Virus record (IMG/VR): IMGVR_UViG_3300032030_000026 | Span: 32,001-96,000 of that record | DNA from: a virus | Lineage: Duplodnaviria > Caudoviricetes | Reading direction: 5' to 3' (one strand) | Length of the DNA stretch: 64,000 nt | In this document: piece by piece, positions 24,001 through 34,762 of the stretch | How positions within the stretch are numbered: the stretch's first letter is position 1 | How the letters are laid out: the number at the start of each line of letters is the position of its first letter | The notes under the pieces: generated by a model | Seen by the model: the letters and a program-made list of their open reading frames with translations, nothing else | Told to the model about the DNA's origin: nothing | Databases searched by the model: none | Program-made: the position numbers and the translations under genes

Positions 24001-25873
24001 TTCCGGCAAATTCGAACACCGCTATAGTAGCGGATACTAACACGAGATTTAAGTTAACGGCATCTTTGAATTTCGGTGTATTTGTTATGGCATCATTTAG
24101 GGTTTCAGTAAATACGGATATCATTCGCATGCTATTAATAGCAACAGACAGATTATCTTGGAATTCGTTGTTACCAATAAGCTTTGTAATTTTTATGATC
24201 TTCCGAATAGAAGATTTGCTTAATGATACCACTTCAAGAAATTCCGTCATTTTTTCCACGCTTGCCATTCCTAAAATCATATTGTTCATCTCGGTAACTA
24301 AAATAGATATTGTTCTAGTTACTTCGATAGCGGCATTAATCTTATCGGGATTGTCTTTATCTGTAATAAATCTAGAGGTTCTCAAAATAGTATTGAAGTT
24401 GAATCTCATTATCTTTAATGCAATTAAAGACTTTAGAGCCTGTTTAGTATCTAAATTTAGTAAGGTTCGGAATATATTCACAATTGCATCCGCAATGTTC
24501 ATAATACATTCAAAACCCTCATGAAATATCGGTTCATTGTCTTTGAAAGCTTGAATTATGGATAAAATAGAAACCCGCTCACCCCCGTTTTTAGCATTTC
24601 TCCATTGCCCCCATTTAGCACCGGAAAACAATATAGCATATATATGTCCCAACCCTTTCTGGGCTGATTTGAACCGCTTCCGTCCAAATAAACCGGTATA
24701 CATATTTATACTCTTCAATACTATATTGATAGCTTTAAAGAACACTACTAAGGATATGGAAATCGCCGCGGCTTTCAAAGCATCTATCATAGATAGAGAT
24801 TCCGTAACTCCCGCAATTATATCCATTGCCCCTTTTTTCTTAATAGTGGACTTATTGAATAAATTCCGTATATTCCGGCGTACCCATCCATATTCTTCTC
24901 CAAATAAGAGCATCCAAGTTCGAGAAATATTTTCCTGAATCTTGGTTTTTTCTAACCACCCCATATTTTCATTGATAAAATGCAACGTTTCATTCAAGCT
25001 TTCAAATGTCTTAGAGATCATAAGCATATTTATTCGGGCTTTAACGGCGGTAGCCACATTCATATTCCCAATATTCTCAATAAGACTCATTATAGAATGA
25101 GACCGGCGGAATATTCTATCATATATGCGCCCGAATAGTAATACATATATCTTAGATATGGTTCTTCGATACCGGAAAATTTGCTTGAAAGTGATCTTAT
25201 TTTTCAGCACTTCGAAGATTGTCGGAATTAAATTAATAGTATCGGCTATAAATTTTATGCTTACCTTTGCTTTAGCAAACGGAGCCAATTTTCGATCTCC
25301 GATAAATTCTATTAGCCGAATGAGTTTCCGGAACAACATCTTATATTTTATAACAGTAAACCTATATTTTATAACATCCCCCAAAGATATCTTTTTCAAT
25401 GGAGAAGCCACAATCTCTAAGGACTCCATGATGGGTTCCATAGATTTTAAAGAGATTCTGGCTTTAATTATAGAAATTGGGTTATAATTCCCAAGTTTTT
25501 CTACAAACTTAAATAAAGACTTCATACTCTTTCTCAAGAGAATCATCCGAAACTTGTTGCCGATTAAATCTTTTAATGGAATCTTTCCAACAGTCCCCAT
25601 TAAGATCTGATACTCATATATAGTATCCGTCATATTCTTCAAATCTTTAGCATTTATAGATACGGCGGAATATGCACCGGAGATTCTTTCCAATCCATAT
25701 AAAACCGCCTCCAGTGCATCCGTAGAACGCTCTATACATTTCTTCAAAGTATTGAAGAATTTCTTATCCATCTTGTTCTTAACGATAATTCTGTTTATAT
25801 CATTGACAAGATTGAGTTGCTCTTTATATATTTCGAAAAGGTCTTCGCTATTAGGTATCTTGGTCTCGGCCAT
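21098..25873 (-). CDS. Tape-measure-like protein
   Basis: 1591 aa, helical, internal ~63-aa repeats, central hydrophobic segments, near baseplate genes. Confidence 0.65.
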   Translation of the reverse strand: MAETKIPNSEDLFEIYKEQLNLVNDINRIIVKNKMDKKFFNTLKKCIERSTDALEAVLYGLERISGAYSAVSINAKDLKNMTDTIYEYQILMGTVGKIPLKDLIGNKFRMILLRKSMKSLFKFVEKLGNYNPISIIKARISLKSMEPIMESLEIVASPLKKISLGDVIKYRFTVIKYKMLFRKLIRLIEFIGDRKLAPFAKAKVSIKFIADTINLIPTIFEVLKNKITFKQIFRYRRTISKIYVLLFGRIYDRIFRRSHSIMSLIENIGNMNVATAVKARINMLMISKTFESLNETLHFINENMGWLEKTKIQENISRTWMLLFGEEYGWVRRNIRNLFNKSTIKKKGAMDIIAGVTESLSMIDALKAAAISISLVVFFKAINIVLKSINMYTGLFGRKRFKSAQKGLGHIYAILFSGAKWGQWRNAKNGGERVSILSIIQAFKDNEPIFHEGFECIMNIADAIVNIFRTLLNLDTKQALKSLIALKIMRFNFNTILRTSRFITDKDNPDKINAAIEVTRTISILVTEMNNMILGMASVEKMTEFLEVVSLSKSSIRKIIKITKLIGNNEFQDNLSVAINSMRMISVFTETLNDAITNTPKFKDAVNLNLVLVSATIAVFEFAGMVWLINKAGIANQDINNVLKVFDDMGMIMVSLKQAVDNTPKFADTINLNFVLISATVAVFEFAGMVWLINKAKLADQDVNNALIVFNGMGVAMVSLKRASDNAPSVIGMLNLMIILPITVIIILEYWILLKFIEKINLEANSSKAQTFFKDMSKTLKDFCEVINNMPEPKKAMKAAATMPIIMAIIGGYILVMSLISTRLAQSRKSHRVITSMIGAIGGIVLIILAMITAGAMIVLGMVLIGITFTFIATMLGLMALLSLAGAFLKKGATALLLIDLAILGMVATLALMALLAETIDLKQVALTMLVMITTLGAMALMIWGLAKFEKEIIKGVIPMALIIILTGMAALVMGIIGKVSKETEAGDLLGTSQIMTLVMAELGGMVFILSKIPKQDLLIGEAALGGITLILNAAMPAFRSLGEVAAMTDAGDLLGTSQIMALVIAELGGMAAIAGFLLLGPQAAAFLLGEAAMWSISKIAQTAAQAMKALAEASMAMDTAGITGDPTEVARKLSEKMLIPLRALQLSPDGGKEAKGFLGIKKGYEEGSVLYYLNQLGLVEMGKSALKIASISKTVLKIKDICTAAMQVTAMPPINPDKLTAPIFAIVGRDGEGGIVFALNKVKRRKLRQTKRKVNTISNILRILNKIAKRAVKLSKWKIPDNFNDQMDALGNVIEKTVTVMDEKLKTDVVNRLLDNTKNYLMSTILMGKATDQMIKTQIKAKNITVHTINNGTEDTLTITWMASRFLKDISDAGHVSKDQVMSLGLLMNLPYDKYLETCGKYENIKFTSLKDKIDTPAGHAIELIAKSIFQNVNGSNLNQCTSAWKQVTDDSVKLIKSVNTLDISKVTSLKELMHELYLFSDSIQGNFDKLADVINEKLLEALEKLTAALDDVNNKDFSSLGSGGGSREGLAKPTDGSSKSKPQVPKKDPNKEKLEKLEAEMNALKTVITKLGNCVGKANGGFALTVHGV

Positions 25874-25966
25874 ACTGTTATAATTTCATTTTGTAATAAA
25901 TGCCGGAATATATCATTATGTGGCATTTAGAATTATTATATAAATAATCAAATATCGGTTGAAACA

Positions 25967-26683
25967 ATGAAGAAGCTGACACAATTTCTTAAAAACATAG
26001 ACGAAGCATTTCAAGATGAGCTAACTGAAATTACCGGATGGCTGGGTTCTTTGGAGAATCTTTCCGATGTCTTGGATAAACTCGAAAATTCTAAAATTCT
26101 AGGCGGACGGGGTAACGACAGATTTGGAAGGGGTGATGGTGAGAATATTGATGATCATACAAAGCGATATGTAGGGATGATCCTTAAAAAACTCATGATG
26201 GATCCCGAGATTATATCATGGTATGATTCTCCATATAACAACGAAATGGAACTTTATAGTTTGTTAGCTAAAAAACTTTCTCCTCGAGAAATGACTTATT
26301 TGGAGGAGATTACCCAGGTTTTAGCTTCCGTGGAAGATTCGGATAAAGATGCGGAGATAGTCAATAACGCTGTCGTTCGTCTCATAGATGATCCGGATTT
26401 AGAGAGATGGTTTAAGAAATATTCAAAACCTATTAAGAAAACAGATAGGTTTGGTAATGTCGAAACTACGGCAGCAACTCCTAATGAATTTGAACTCAGA
26501 AAGATCATCAACAGCAAGCTTTCAGGCACAGAAAGAAAATTTTCCGAGCCTATTGCACGGAAATTTATGCGAATATATAATGGCGAATATGATACCGATG
26601 ATTATTTCTCCAGAGAAGGCGGCAGCTCGGGAATGGGTAGGTCCATGGCCGGGAGACGGAACGATAGGCGTTTTAGAATTTAA
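25967..26683 (+). CDS. Hypothetical protein (possible internal head protein)
   Basis: 238 aa; N-terminus MKKLTQFLKNIDEA. Confidence 0.65.
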   Translation: MKKLTQFLKNIDEAFQDELTEITGWLGSLENLSDVLDKLENSKILGGRGNDRFGRGDGENIDDHTKRYVGMILKKLMMDPEIISWYDSPYNNEMELYSLLAKKLSPREMTYLEEITQVLASVEDSDKDAEIVNNAVVRLIDDPDLERWFKKYSKPIKKTDRFGNVETTAATPNEFELRKIINSKLSGTERKFSEPIARKFMRIYNGEYDTDDYFSREGGSSGMGRSMAGRRNDRRFRI

Positions 26684-26712
26684 GATAAGAATTAAATAAT
26701 CAATTAAGATAT

Positions 26713-29223
26713 ATGAAAAGGTTTCACGAATATACTGAGATGATCACGGAATCTCTAATGATGTTATTAGTGTATTCCGCTATAGTGGCTACCATGGTCC
26801 AGGATGCCAAACAAGAACGTCTCAAGTTCAAGATAGAACAAAAGCGAATGGAAAAAGAGCTTAAAGAAATGGAAGATCGTGAGGATGATGAAGAAATCCA
26901 ACGCAAATTGGAAAAAGAACGTCGTAAAAGAGAACTTGCTCAAGAAAGACACGAACGTCGGGAAGAGAAGTGGAAGCGGAATATAGCCAAGTTACAGATG
27001 CTCCAAGACAGAATGGCGGAATCTCGTGAGAAAAAATTAGAAACTCAACGTTTTGCATTGGCAGCTCATAATATGATGAATGACAAGGAAACCGTCGAAG
27101 ATCGGGGCCTTATCGAGAAACATGCTAAGAATAAAGAAAAATGCACCCCCGATCAGATTCGCCGGGCCACAGAAAAAGCTAATAAAATTTCTGATGAAGA
27201 AGCCGATAAATATGTAGCTAAGTATATGCCGAAGAAAGATCTTCCCAAGACGGAACCGGAATCTCAAAAAGAAACTCGGAAGACGTCGGCCACCAGAGAC
27301 TTCAAGATACCTAAAAAACCAGATTCTGTCGGAACCGGAAAAGAAGTAGATAAAAAACCGGAACCCAAAGAAGAAGAAGTAATCAATCCGGAAACCGGCA
27401 AGAAAGAAAAACATAAAGTATATACGGGCAAACGAGGGGGCAGATATTGGATGTCTAAAAACAACAATAAAGTATATGTCAAAGAAGACAAAGAAGAACA
27501 AGAGGTAGCTTCTCGTTGGGATATTACTAATTCACGCTTAGCATACCTGCAATGGGCCATAGATAATACTAAAGATAAAGAAAAATCTAATAAGCTCCAG
27601 GAAATGTATAATGCCTTGTATAATATAACATATGATACAGGCGGCGATATCCGGAGTTTAGATGATACTATATCTTATATTACCCAGACTATGCAGAATA
27701 ATAAAGGTTTGATCCCGGGGCTTCCTTCTAATGATCAGATAGAAGAAATTGACAAGAAAGCTGCCAGCTTTGAAGAATTGTATCCCGAGGAATATGAAAG
27801 CTATATTAAAAGATTGGAAAGCTCTAATCTGGATAAATCCAAGAAAGACAAGGAAGATCAAGCGGATAGTGTGCTGAGTCCGGCGGACACTAAAGATGAT
27901 AAAGATGCTCGTGACAAGTTGGCTACCCTTACTTCTATATTCGGATTTACTAATATTATAGGCCTGGAATCCAATCGGAAACCATCCGCGGAAGATATGA
28001 AGAAAAAATCGGAGCTGAAAAAGGATCAGAAAGATAATGCATTGCTCCAGGACACCGAGGATGACGAAACCGCTCTTAAGAAACCGGAGACTTCTGGTGA
28101 AGAAAGTTCCGATGAGTCCAGTGAAGAGTCCGGTGAAGAAAGTTCCGATGAGTCCGGTGAAGAGTCCGGTGAAGAGTCCGGTGAAGAACTGTCGGATATT
28201 GAAGAAGATATGATTATGTATGTAGTCATGATGGCCGAAGAATATCTAGATCAGTTCGAAGAGGATGAATATAACGAAGCGGATGTGGATAAATGGCTGG
28301 ATGAACAGAACCTGGAATCTGATCTTGGACTGGAAACCGACGAAGAGAAAAAAGGCTTCCGGGATGCTATGAAGCAGGAAATCAAGAATGAATTGGAATC
28401 CGAGTCCGATGAGGATAGTAAAGAGTCCAGCGAGCAAACAACCGAATCGCTTTTAGAGTTTTCTCAAAACTTCATATTTGAATTGTTCGGTCGGAATGAC
28501 GCTTTCAAGGCGGCTAAGAAAAATGCCGAAATGTTCAATAAGTATGGAGATGGTGCTTATAAGCCGGAAATCGCAGCAAAAGAACTCCAAAAGGCACGTA
28601 AGAAAAATGCAAGTGCGGTTAAGTTCAACAAAGCGGTAAATCTGCTTACCGGACCGCTGGGTGCCGCTATCATCAACAAAAAGCAAGATAATATGAAGAG
28701 GCGCATGGCCGGAATGAAGTCTATGATTGATAGCACACCGGATCCTGACGAAAAAGAAAAGCTTCAGAAGAATTATGATATGATGATGAAAGCTTGTGTT
28801 ACCAAGAAAGGAAGATTCCGCGCCCGCCCGAAACTCAAAAACCTTTCTCCGGAAGAAATAGCCGAGTTCAAATCCAAATATAAGGAAATCAAACAATCCA
28901 AAACAATCCGCCAAGCCGGCAAGGATTATATGATCAAACATGAAGATTTTGCCGATCAGGTACTACAAGATAAAGTATCTAAGAAAAAAGAAGAAAAAGA
29001 AATCAAGAAAGGTAATGTTGAAAAGACTTCTATGGATGACGGATCTACTCTGGTAGCCCGGAAATCGGAGAGGGATGGCCATATGATTTATACTAGAGAA
29101 AAAGGTGGCAAGACCGTGGAATATATAGATAAGGACGAATATCACAAACGCCTGGCTAACAAGAAAGAATCGATAGAACACCACTTTGGTTCTTTCAAAG
29201 TCTTGCTAGAATCTAGAATGTAA
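26713..29223 (+). CDS. Large charged low-complexity protein (possible internal head protein)
   Basis: 836 aa; MKRFHEYTEMITES start; TGKRGGRYW motif; SGEE repeats. Confidence 0.7.
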   Translation: MKRFHEYTEMITESLMMLLVYSAIVATMVQDAKQERLKFKIEQKRMEKELKEMEDREDDEEIQRKLEKERRKRELAQERHERREEKWKRNIAKLQMLQDRMAESREKKLETQRFALAAHNMMNDKETVEDRGLIEKHAKNKEKCTPDQIRRATEKANKISDEEADKYVAKYMPKKDLPKTEPESQKETRKTSATRDFKIPKKPDSVGTGKEVDKKPEPKEEEVINPETGKKEKHKVYTGKRGGRYWMSKNNNKVYVKEDKEEQEVASRWDITNSRLAYLQWAIDNTKDKEKSNKLQEMYNALYNITYDTGGDIRSLDDTISYITQTMQNNKGLIPGLPSNDQIEEIDKKAASFEELYPEEYESYIKRLESSNLDKSKKDKEDQADSVLSPADTKDDKDARDKLATLTSIFGFTNIIGLESNRKPSAEDMKKKSELKKDQKDNALLQDTEDDETALKKPETSGEESSDESSEESGEESSDESGEESGEESGEELSDIEEDMIMYVVMMAEEYLDQFEEDEYNEADVDKWLDEQNLESDLGLETDEEKKGFRDAMKQEIKNELESESDEDSKESSEQTTESLLEFSQNFIFELFGRNDAFKAAKKNAEMFNKYGDGAYKPEIAAKELQKARKKNASAVKFNKAVNLLTGPLGAAIINKKQDNMKRRMAGMKSMIDSTPDPDEKEKLQKNYDMMMKACVTKKGRFRARPKLKNLSPEEIAEFKSKYKEIKQSKTIRQAGKDYMIKHEDFADQVLQDKVSKKKEEKEIKKGNVEKTSMDDGSTLVARKSERDGHMIYTREKGGKTVEYIDKDEYHKRLANKKESIEHHFGSFKVLLESRM
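28093..28188 (+). repeat. 12-bp coding tandem repeat (SGEE/SSDE)
   Basis: TCCGGTGAAGAG-type units, 8 copies. Confidence 0.9.
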
Positions 29224-29461
29224 ATAAAAATATCATTAAAGCCAGCAAATCATCATCCGAATCCAAAGAACATGTTGTAAAAGATAAAGATGGAAGCGAA
29301 ATTCACGCCCACCGGAAAAAACGGGTATCGACATGACTTATGTCAGAATGAAAGATGGTAAGGAAATTGGATATGCTACCAAAGATGAATTTCGGACTAC
29401 AAAAAGTTCCAACGAATCTTATGTAGGATTGTCTGATTATATTCGAGAATCTGTTGAGTAA
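29223..29461 (+). pseudogene. Start-less, frameshifted paralog of the upstream protein's C-terminus
   Basis: ..DKDGSEIHAHRKK/GIDMTYVRMKDGKEIGYATKDEF..LSDYIRESVE* aligns with DDGSTLVARK..GHMIYTREKGGKTVEYIDKDEY..LLESRM. Confidence 0.65.
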
Positions 29462-29480
29462 AATTCCGTTATAATTATTT

Positions 29481-29560
29481 CATATCCTCTGTATAATAAA
29501 CGATCGTGCCTTAAGTGATTAATTGGTCATCTAAGATACGATCGTTTGATTTTGATATGA
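29481..29560 (+). repeat. Convergent-junction hairpin element, copy 2
   Basis: AAACGATCGTGCCTTA / TAAGATACGATCGTTT. Confidence 0.8.
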
Positions 29561-29571
29561 TTTTGTAAGTT

Positions 29572-31722
29572 TTAGAGTATTTCTAAATCCGGAACTATAC
29601 AGGGATATATATACTGCCACAAATCATACATAGACATATTATTATTGTTGCGAGCATTTAATATGGCATCATTATATGCATATCCATATTTTCCCGTAAA
29701 TTCAATCCAAATTTTTCTCATATTTTCATATACTTCGCGGGATGTAATGTATGTATTGTTTTTTATTCTCAAGCATTTATTTTCACACCCAATCTCGTTT
29801 AAAAATTCATCCACCAGCGGCTTATGGCCTCCACATGTGTCATCGCGTTCTATGGCACCGGACATAGTAATCATCTTGTTTGGAGTCTCAATGATTTTTT
29901 CATACAATCCCCTATGGAATTCCGGGGTTGCAAAAAATGAATTAAGAGAATTATTAAGAATATCTAATTTTTCATAATCATTACATTCTTTATTATACAG
30001 ACTCACATCGTACCCCATATTAAACACAATCTGTGGTTGTCCATATGTTTCGCATTCACAAACATCCGGCATCCATGCAGAACAATAAGATGGATAATAA
30101 AATACATTACATAAAAAATTCATATTCCCGTATCTCGATTCACAAACATTAAGGTCCGGATCTCCGCAGATAGTCAGATCAACATCCGCTGACGGAAGTA
30201 TATAACCCGAAATCATGTCTTTCTTTCTTTCGGCATACCAAGATATATCAAATGGCTCCCAATGGCATATCAAACTAAGCTTCGGGCGGAAAGTCCAGTT
30301 TGGTTTCATGCCTTTACTTAATAAAAATTTTTGTTCTTCTACGGATAGTGGCCCTTGTATGTCCGTAAAATAATTTATGTTCTGGTTCCAATTCCACCAC
30401 GTATATCCATCCACACTAGACATATCTAACCCGGCATGACCCCTTTTATATTTATTGTAGTAATAATCCTTGATATTCTTAATAATATAGTGATTTATCC
30501 ATACGGTATCTAATTCACTATCTCTCCATCGGAATGTAATATGGCTCACATTGTTGCCTAAACAGTCCCTAACGTTTAATTTCTTTCCGACAGCGGACCA
30601 TATAGTATGTTCATTCATATCCAAAGCCAGTCCGGATCTGGAAATAGTTTTATACCAGCCATTCATATTTTCCGGGCGGCAATCTTTCCGGACGTTATTT
30701 GATATTGGTTCCGTGCAGTATTCGTATATCGGAACATCTATAGGAGTTACATCCGGATTGGCATGAAAACATCTCCACTGTAATATATAAGCATCGGTAT
30801 CGGGAAATCTGCTTAAAAATTCTTTAATATTTATGTAATTTTCACTTTTTATGTTTATAAATTCATCAATATCTATGAATGCTACCCATTTATATATATT
30901 GTCATTGCAAAATGTCTTATATTGTGCAATTTGCTGAGCCTTTTCTCCTCTTGCATTGCGTATTTCAACACGAGCAAATTTCTTTTCTAGCCAATCATAA
31001 GTTTCCGGAGAATCCGCATCGTTGTTGTCATAAATGTAGATTCTATCAAATCCTAAGTTCAGATGCCATCTGCACCAGTCTTCCAAATAGTTATTTTCTT
31101 GCTTAGCAATGGCGCATATTACAACTTCTTGCGATCTGTTTTCATAATCCTCTATAGACATAGTTAACCCCAGATCTTTAGCCATATTATGCCAAGTATC
31201 TACGTTTACATCCCATTCCGGAATAGTTCTTTTTAAAAATTTATTGTGATCCGTTTTCCTGATAATAGTAGTACCGTGGTCAAAATCATACAAAACATGT
31301 ATTAGTAAATCATCATGTTCCCCAACTAATTTTAATAAAGCTTTATAGCAATCTCCATTCCACACTCCACCCGGTACCGGATCATGAGAAGCTACATAGT
31401 CGGATGCCGGCCACATATCATGACATAATATAGTCCCCCCAGCATTTAATGACTTTAGAGAATTTATAATATCTCTATAAACTTGTTCGTGTTGGTGAAG
31501 TCCATCTATGAATATTAGATCAAACTTCTGCCGATTTTTTAAAAAGAAATCGTCTGATGTGGTGATCATATTAGCCTTTGATTGTTCATTAGGGTCGACA
31601 CCTATTTTAAATTCAGCAATAACATTATCAAAAACATCTCCACGATCAACACCTATCTCTAGATACGATTTGTAATTATGTTTTTCTATTAAAAAATTTA
31701 TAAGATCTAATCTATTGTTCAT
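29572..31722 (-). CDS. SAM methyltransferase (Methyltransf_24-like) fused to GT-A glycosyltransferase (GT2/GT92-like)
   Basis: YLEIGV..FDLIFIDGLH..HD; CAIAKQENNYLEDW..GFDRIYIYDN..WVAFIDIDEF. Confidence 0.85.
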   Translation of the reverse strand: MNNRLDLINFLIEKHNYKSYLEIGVDRGDVFDNVIAEFKIGVDPNEQSKANMITTSDDFFLKNRQKFDLIFIDGLHQHEQVYRDIINSLKSLNAGGTILCHDMWPASDYVASHDPVPGGVWNGDCYKALLKLVGEHDDLLIHVLYDFDHGTTIIRKTDHNKFLKRTIPEWDVNVDTWHNMAKDLGLTMSIEDYENRSQEVVICAIAKQENNYLEDWCRWHLNLGFDRIYIYDNNDADSPETYDWLEKKFARVEIRNARGEKAQQIAQYKTFCNDNIYKWVAFIDIDEFINIKSENYINIKEFLSRFPDTDAYILQWRCFHANPDVTPIDVPIYEYCTEPISNNVRKDCRPENMNGWYKTISRSGLALDMNEHTIWSAVGKKLNVRDCLGNNVSHITFRWRDSELDTVWINHYIIKNIKDYYYNKYKRGHAGLDMSSVDGYTWWNWNQNINYFTDIQGPLSVEEQKFLLSKGMKPNWTFRPKLSLICHWEPFDISWYAERKKDMISGYILPSADVDLTICGDPDLNVCESRYGNMNFLCNVFYYPSYCSAWMPDVCECETYGQPQIVFNMGYDVSLYNKECNDYEKLDILNNSLNSFFATPEFHRGLYEKIIETPNKMITMSGAIERDDTCGGHKPLVDEFLNEIGCENKCLRIKNNTYITSREVYENMRKIWIEFTGKYGYAYNDAILNARNNNNMSMYDLWQYIYPCIVPDLEIL

Positions 31723-31738
31723 ATTTTATTTTTAATTT

Positions 31739-32545
31739 CTAAATCTCGGGAATCCAAGCATAGGTCCATTTATCCTGGAAAAAATACATCCAATTATCAA
31801 TTTCCGCCCGGTTATCCGTCATATTTATAAACGGAGCAAACCCGTCCTTTTGAGAGATTTCCGAATTATGATAGCAATAATCAAACCATTTGCAAAATAA
31901 AAATCGATTATGCAATAGAATAAATCTAGGATCATGATATGCCATTTTGTATACGGCATATGTAAGAGTTGTTTGGTTGATGCGGTCAACCTGTCCGTTT
32001 TTACCCCATAGAAACATAGTAGTCCAGGTATGATCGTTTATAGCATGTGTGAGTTTAGTGTTCTTATATACAATTATGGTACTCTGTAAAAGGCCTTCCG
32101 AGCGATATCCGGCATTATCCAAATATTGCTTAACCCTTATAGCATCCTCTTTAGAAAATCCATAATATCCAAAATGAGCCCATCGATCTACTTCCGACCG
32201 GATATCGTTAACTATAGTGTTTTGCAATGTGCCGTACTCCCAATCTTCCTTTTCAAATTTCTCTAACATCTCGATCGGGTCTTTTTTTATTTGTATGGAC
32301 CCATCTATATATAAACATATATTGGTATTTACGAACTCAAATGGATGATATCGGACATATGCCCAGCGATCCGGACCTTCCGGATAATCTAAAAGCTGTG
32401 AATAATATAATATTTTCCAGGTATCCGATTTCAAATTCGGGTTATCCGTTACCATTATATATTCTATATCCGGATTTGGCTCCGATACTTCGCGGACCAT
32501 TTCATATCCGGCAAATATGCATGACAATATACTATATTTGGGCAT
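31739..32545 (-). CDS. DUF616-like putative glycosyltransferase
   Basis: SCIFAGYE..VTDN..YHPF..LYIDGSIQI. Confidence 0.7.
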   Translation of the reverse strand: MPKYSILSCIFAGYEMVREVSEPNPDIEYIMVTDNPNLKSDTWKILYYSQLLDYPEGPDRWAYVRYHPFEFVNTNICLYIDGSIQIKKDPIEMLEKFEKEDWEYGTLQNTIVNDIRSEVDRWAHFGYYGFSKEDAIRVKQYLDNAGYRSEGLLQSTIIVYKNTKLTHAINDHTWTTMFLWGKNGQVDRINQTTLTYAVYKMAYHDPRFILLHNRFLFCKWFDYCYHNSEISQKDGFAPFINMTDNRAEIDNWMYFFQDKWTYAWIPEI

Positions 32546-32647
32546 ATATATTTATTGATTTATAATATAATATTATATTCTCCTCCGAAATTTCTAAAAC
32601 TTGCATGTGTTCAATATTTATTTTTTTATCAAGGAATTTATATTGAT

Positions 32648-34696
32648 ATGAGTAATAAGATATATGATCATAATATAGACGCACAGCCATTTAAGAGTAT
32701 ATTGCCGTATGACCGGGTTGATATTGATAACGATGTTGTCAATAACATGAATTATTATCGGCATTGGGGCGTATTTGGTCTTAAAGACGAACCCTCCCTG
32801 ATGGTTTGGACGCGCATGAAAGGCGGTCAGGTAGAGTATTATATTCCTGCTCATAAAGATTTGAATGATAAAGAGGTATCCGAAGTAGGCAATATTCCGG
32901 AAGAAGAAGTATATTATACGGATAAAAGAAATCCGCGTGTTGGTACCAAATCTCTTTTCAATAATGTTAATGCGGTGGCGTTCCAGCCGGAATACGCTGT
33001 ACACTCTAATGCCCCTTTGATTGATTCAAGAGAGGTCCGCAAGAGAATGAGAGATCTTGGAGATTGTTCTATTAAGGCGCTGGTTAATGCATCTCAAGAA
33101 GGGCGCATGGGGCGTGCGGTGTATGATTATAATGATTTTATGTTTTGTAAATATCTGGGTCAGGTATCTAATAATTATCTAATAACCCTAAGAAGATTTC
33201 CTTTTCCGTCCGGAGATAATATTAATCTAGTATTGCATGGCGAGGATGAAAACGAGAATCAGACTCAAAATCATATGCCGGATATAGGAAGACTGGTGAC
33301 ATGGATGGGAACTCCCGGCAATGATATGGAGAATATTTTGAAATATAAAGTTTTGATGCCATATAAAGAACTCACGTCTTCCATAGAGCAGACTAGTGGC
33401 GGTGGTGAAGGTGGCGGCATTATGGGAACGATTTTAAATCTGACCAGTCCGGCATATGCTCACAGTGTATATCGCGGACGAGCCGGATCCGGATCTATTG
33501 CTCACCTTAAAGCATTAACTCAAACCAGATTAGGCGGTATGATGGGTATGGGAAGAATGGGAAATTTATTACAAGGTCCTAGAGATGAGGGGGCTTCCGG
33601 ACATATGGATAGGACTAAAAATTATGGTCCCGTAGATGTCATATCTAAAACTCATATTAGACAGGGTGGTGAAGATGGTGGTCTGACATTTGAGCAAGAA
33701 ATCAACTTGACATTTGATTATGAGTTGCGCTCATATGACAATATCAATACCCGCGCGGCATTTTTGGATCTGCTTGGGAATATATTGACTGTGACATATG
33801 TGGATGGCCGGTTCTGGGGCGGCGCATATATGGGGACCGGTGTGTCTCAGAATAAATTATTTTCTAACCTCCCGATATATAATTTACAACAGCCATTTAA
33901 TTTTGGTGACTTGTATAACGCCGGAGTAGCTTCTTTAAAGATGATTGGACAAGAATTGAATGGGGGTAAACCTGTAACCGGTGTTAAGGATATTGTAAAT
34001 GCGGCTGTTCAATTAGGTAAAAACATGCTCACCGTACTGGCTGGTGGCTTATTAAATGGACTTGGACGCCCGCAGCGCCAGGCTGTCAACTCTCTATTAA
34101 CTAATGCACCGGTCGGCCTCTGGCATCTCACCATTGGAAATCCCAAGCATCCTATCATGTCTATGGGAAATATGATTCTTGATGATGTTAGTATCCAGCA
34201 TTATGGCAGATTGGGATTAGATGATTTTCCGGTTGGACTGCGGGTTAATATCTCTTTGAAACACGGTATGCCGCGTGATGCAAAAGGCATAGAACATATG
34301 TATATGATGGGGGATTCTAGAATATATCAGCATATGGACGAAGATCTGCTTTATATGTATGAAGCAGCCCAGCCTTTAGACGCTAAATCTAAGATGAAAG
34401 GTAAAAAAGCCAAGGGCTCGGGTAAAAAAGACTCCGTGAAAAATATAATAGATGAAATGAATAAAATAAATAAAAAAATAGGAACAATCTCAGGAAGAAT
34501 AGCTAGAATGACAACCGATATATTAAATGGTGACCCGAATGCCGATGTAGACGCCATAACAAAAACTATAACAAATAGACTGAATCAGGTTGCTGGTGTG
34601 GGAAGAATAGTAGGGCAGTTCGGTACTAATTCTATTAAACAGATTGTTATATCCTCTAAGGAAAGTTATAAGGGTAATGATAAGATTACAAAATAA
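32648..34696 (+). CDS. Putative baseplate/tail-tube initiator protein
   Basis: Long ORF heading a structural operon; LTFDYELR, WHLTIGNP, LDDFP..L.V.I.LKHG motifs. Confidence 0.55.
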   Translation: MSNKIYDHNIDAQPFKSILPYDRVDIDNDVVNNMNYYRHWGVFGLKDEPSLMVWTRMKGGQVEYYIPAHKDLNDKEVSEVGNIPEEEVYYTDKRNPRVGTKSLFNNVNAVAFQPEYAVHSNAPLIDSREVRKRMRDLGDCSIKALVNASQEGRMGRAVYDYNDFMFCKYLGQVSNNYLITLRRFPFPSGDNINLVLHGEDENENQTQNHMPDIGRLVTWMGTPGNDMENILKYKVLMPYKELTSSIEQTSGGGEGGGIMGTILNLTSPAYAHSVYRGRAGSGSIAHLKALTQTRLGGMMGMGRMGNLLQGPRDEGASGHMDRTKNYGPVDVISKTHIRQGGEDGGLTFEQEINLTFDYELRSYDNINTRAAFLDLLGNILTVTYVDGRFWGGAYMGTGVSQNKLFSNLPIYNLQQPFNFGDLYNAGVASLKMIGQELNGGKPVTGVKDIVNAAVQLGKNMLTVLAGGLLNGLGRPQRQAVNSLLTNAPVGLWHLTIGNPKHPIMSMGNMILDDVSIQHYGRLGLDDFPVGLRVNISLKHGMPRDAKGIEHMYMMGDSRIYQHMDEDLLYMYEAAQPLDAKSKMKGKKAKGSGKKDSVKNIIDEMNKINKKIGTISGRIARMTTDILNGDPNADVDAITKTITNRLNQVAGVGRIVGQFGTNSIKQIVISSKESYKGNDKITK

Positions 34697-34762
34697 TCAT
34701 GTCTTACCATAAGAAACTCAATAAAAATAAGTATAATATATTAAAAATATCATAATTATATC

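Noticed and set aside
21746-25487. Plus-strand ORFs of up to 259 aa
   Set aside because: Antisense shadows of the tape-measure-like gene
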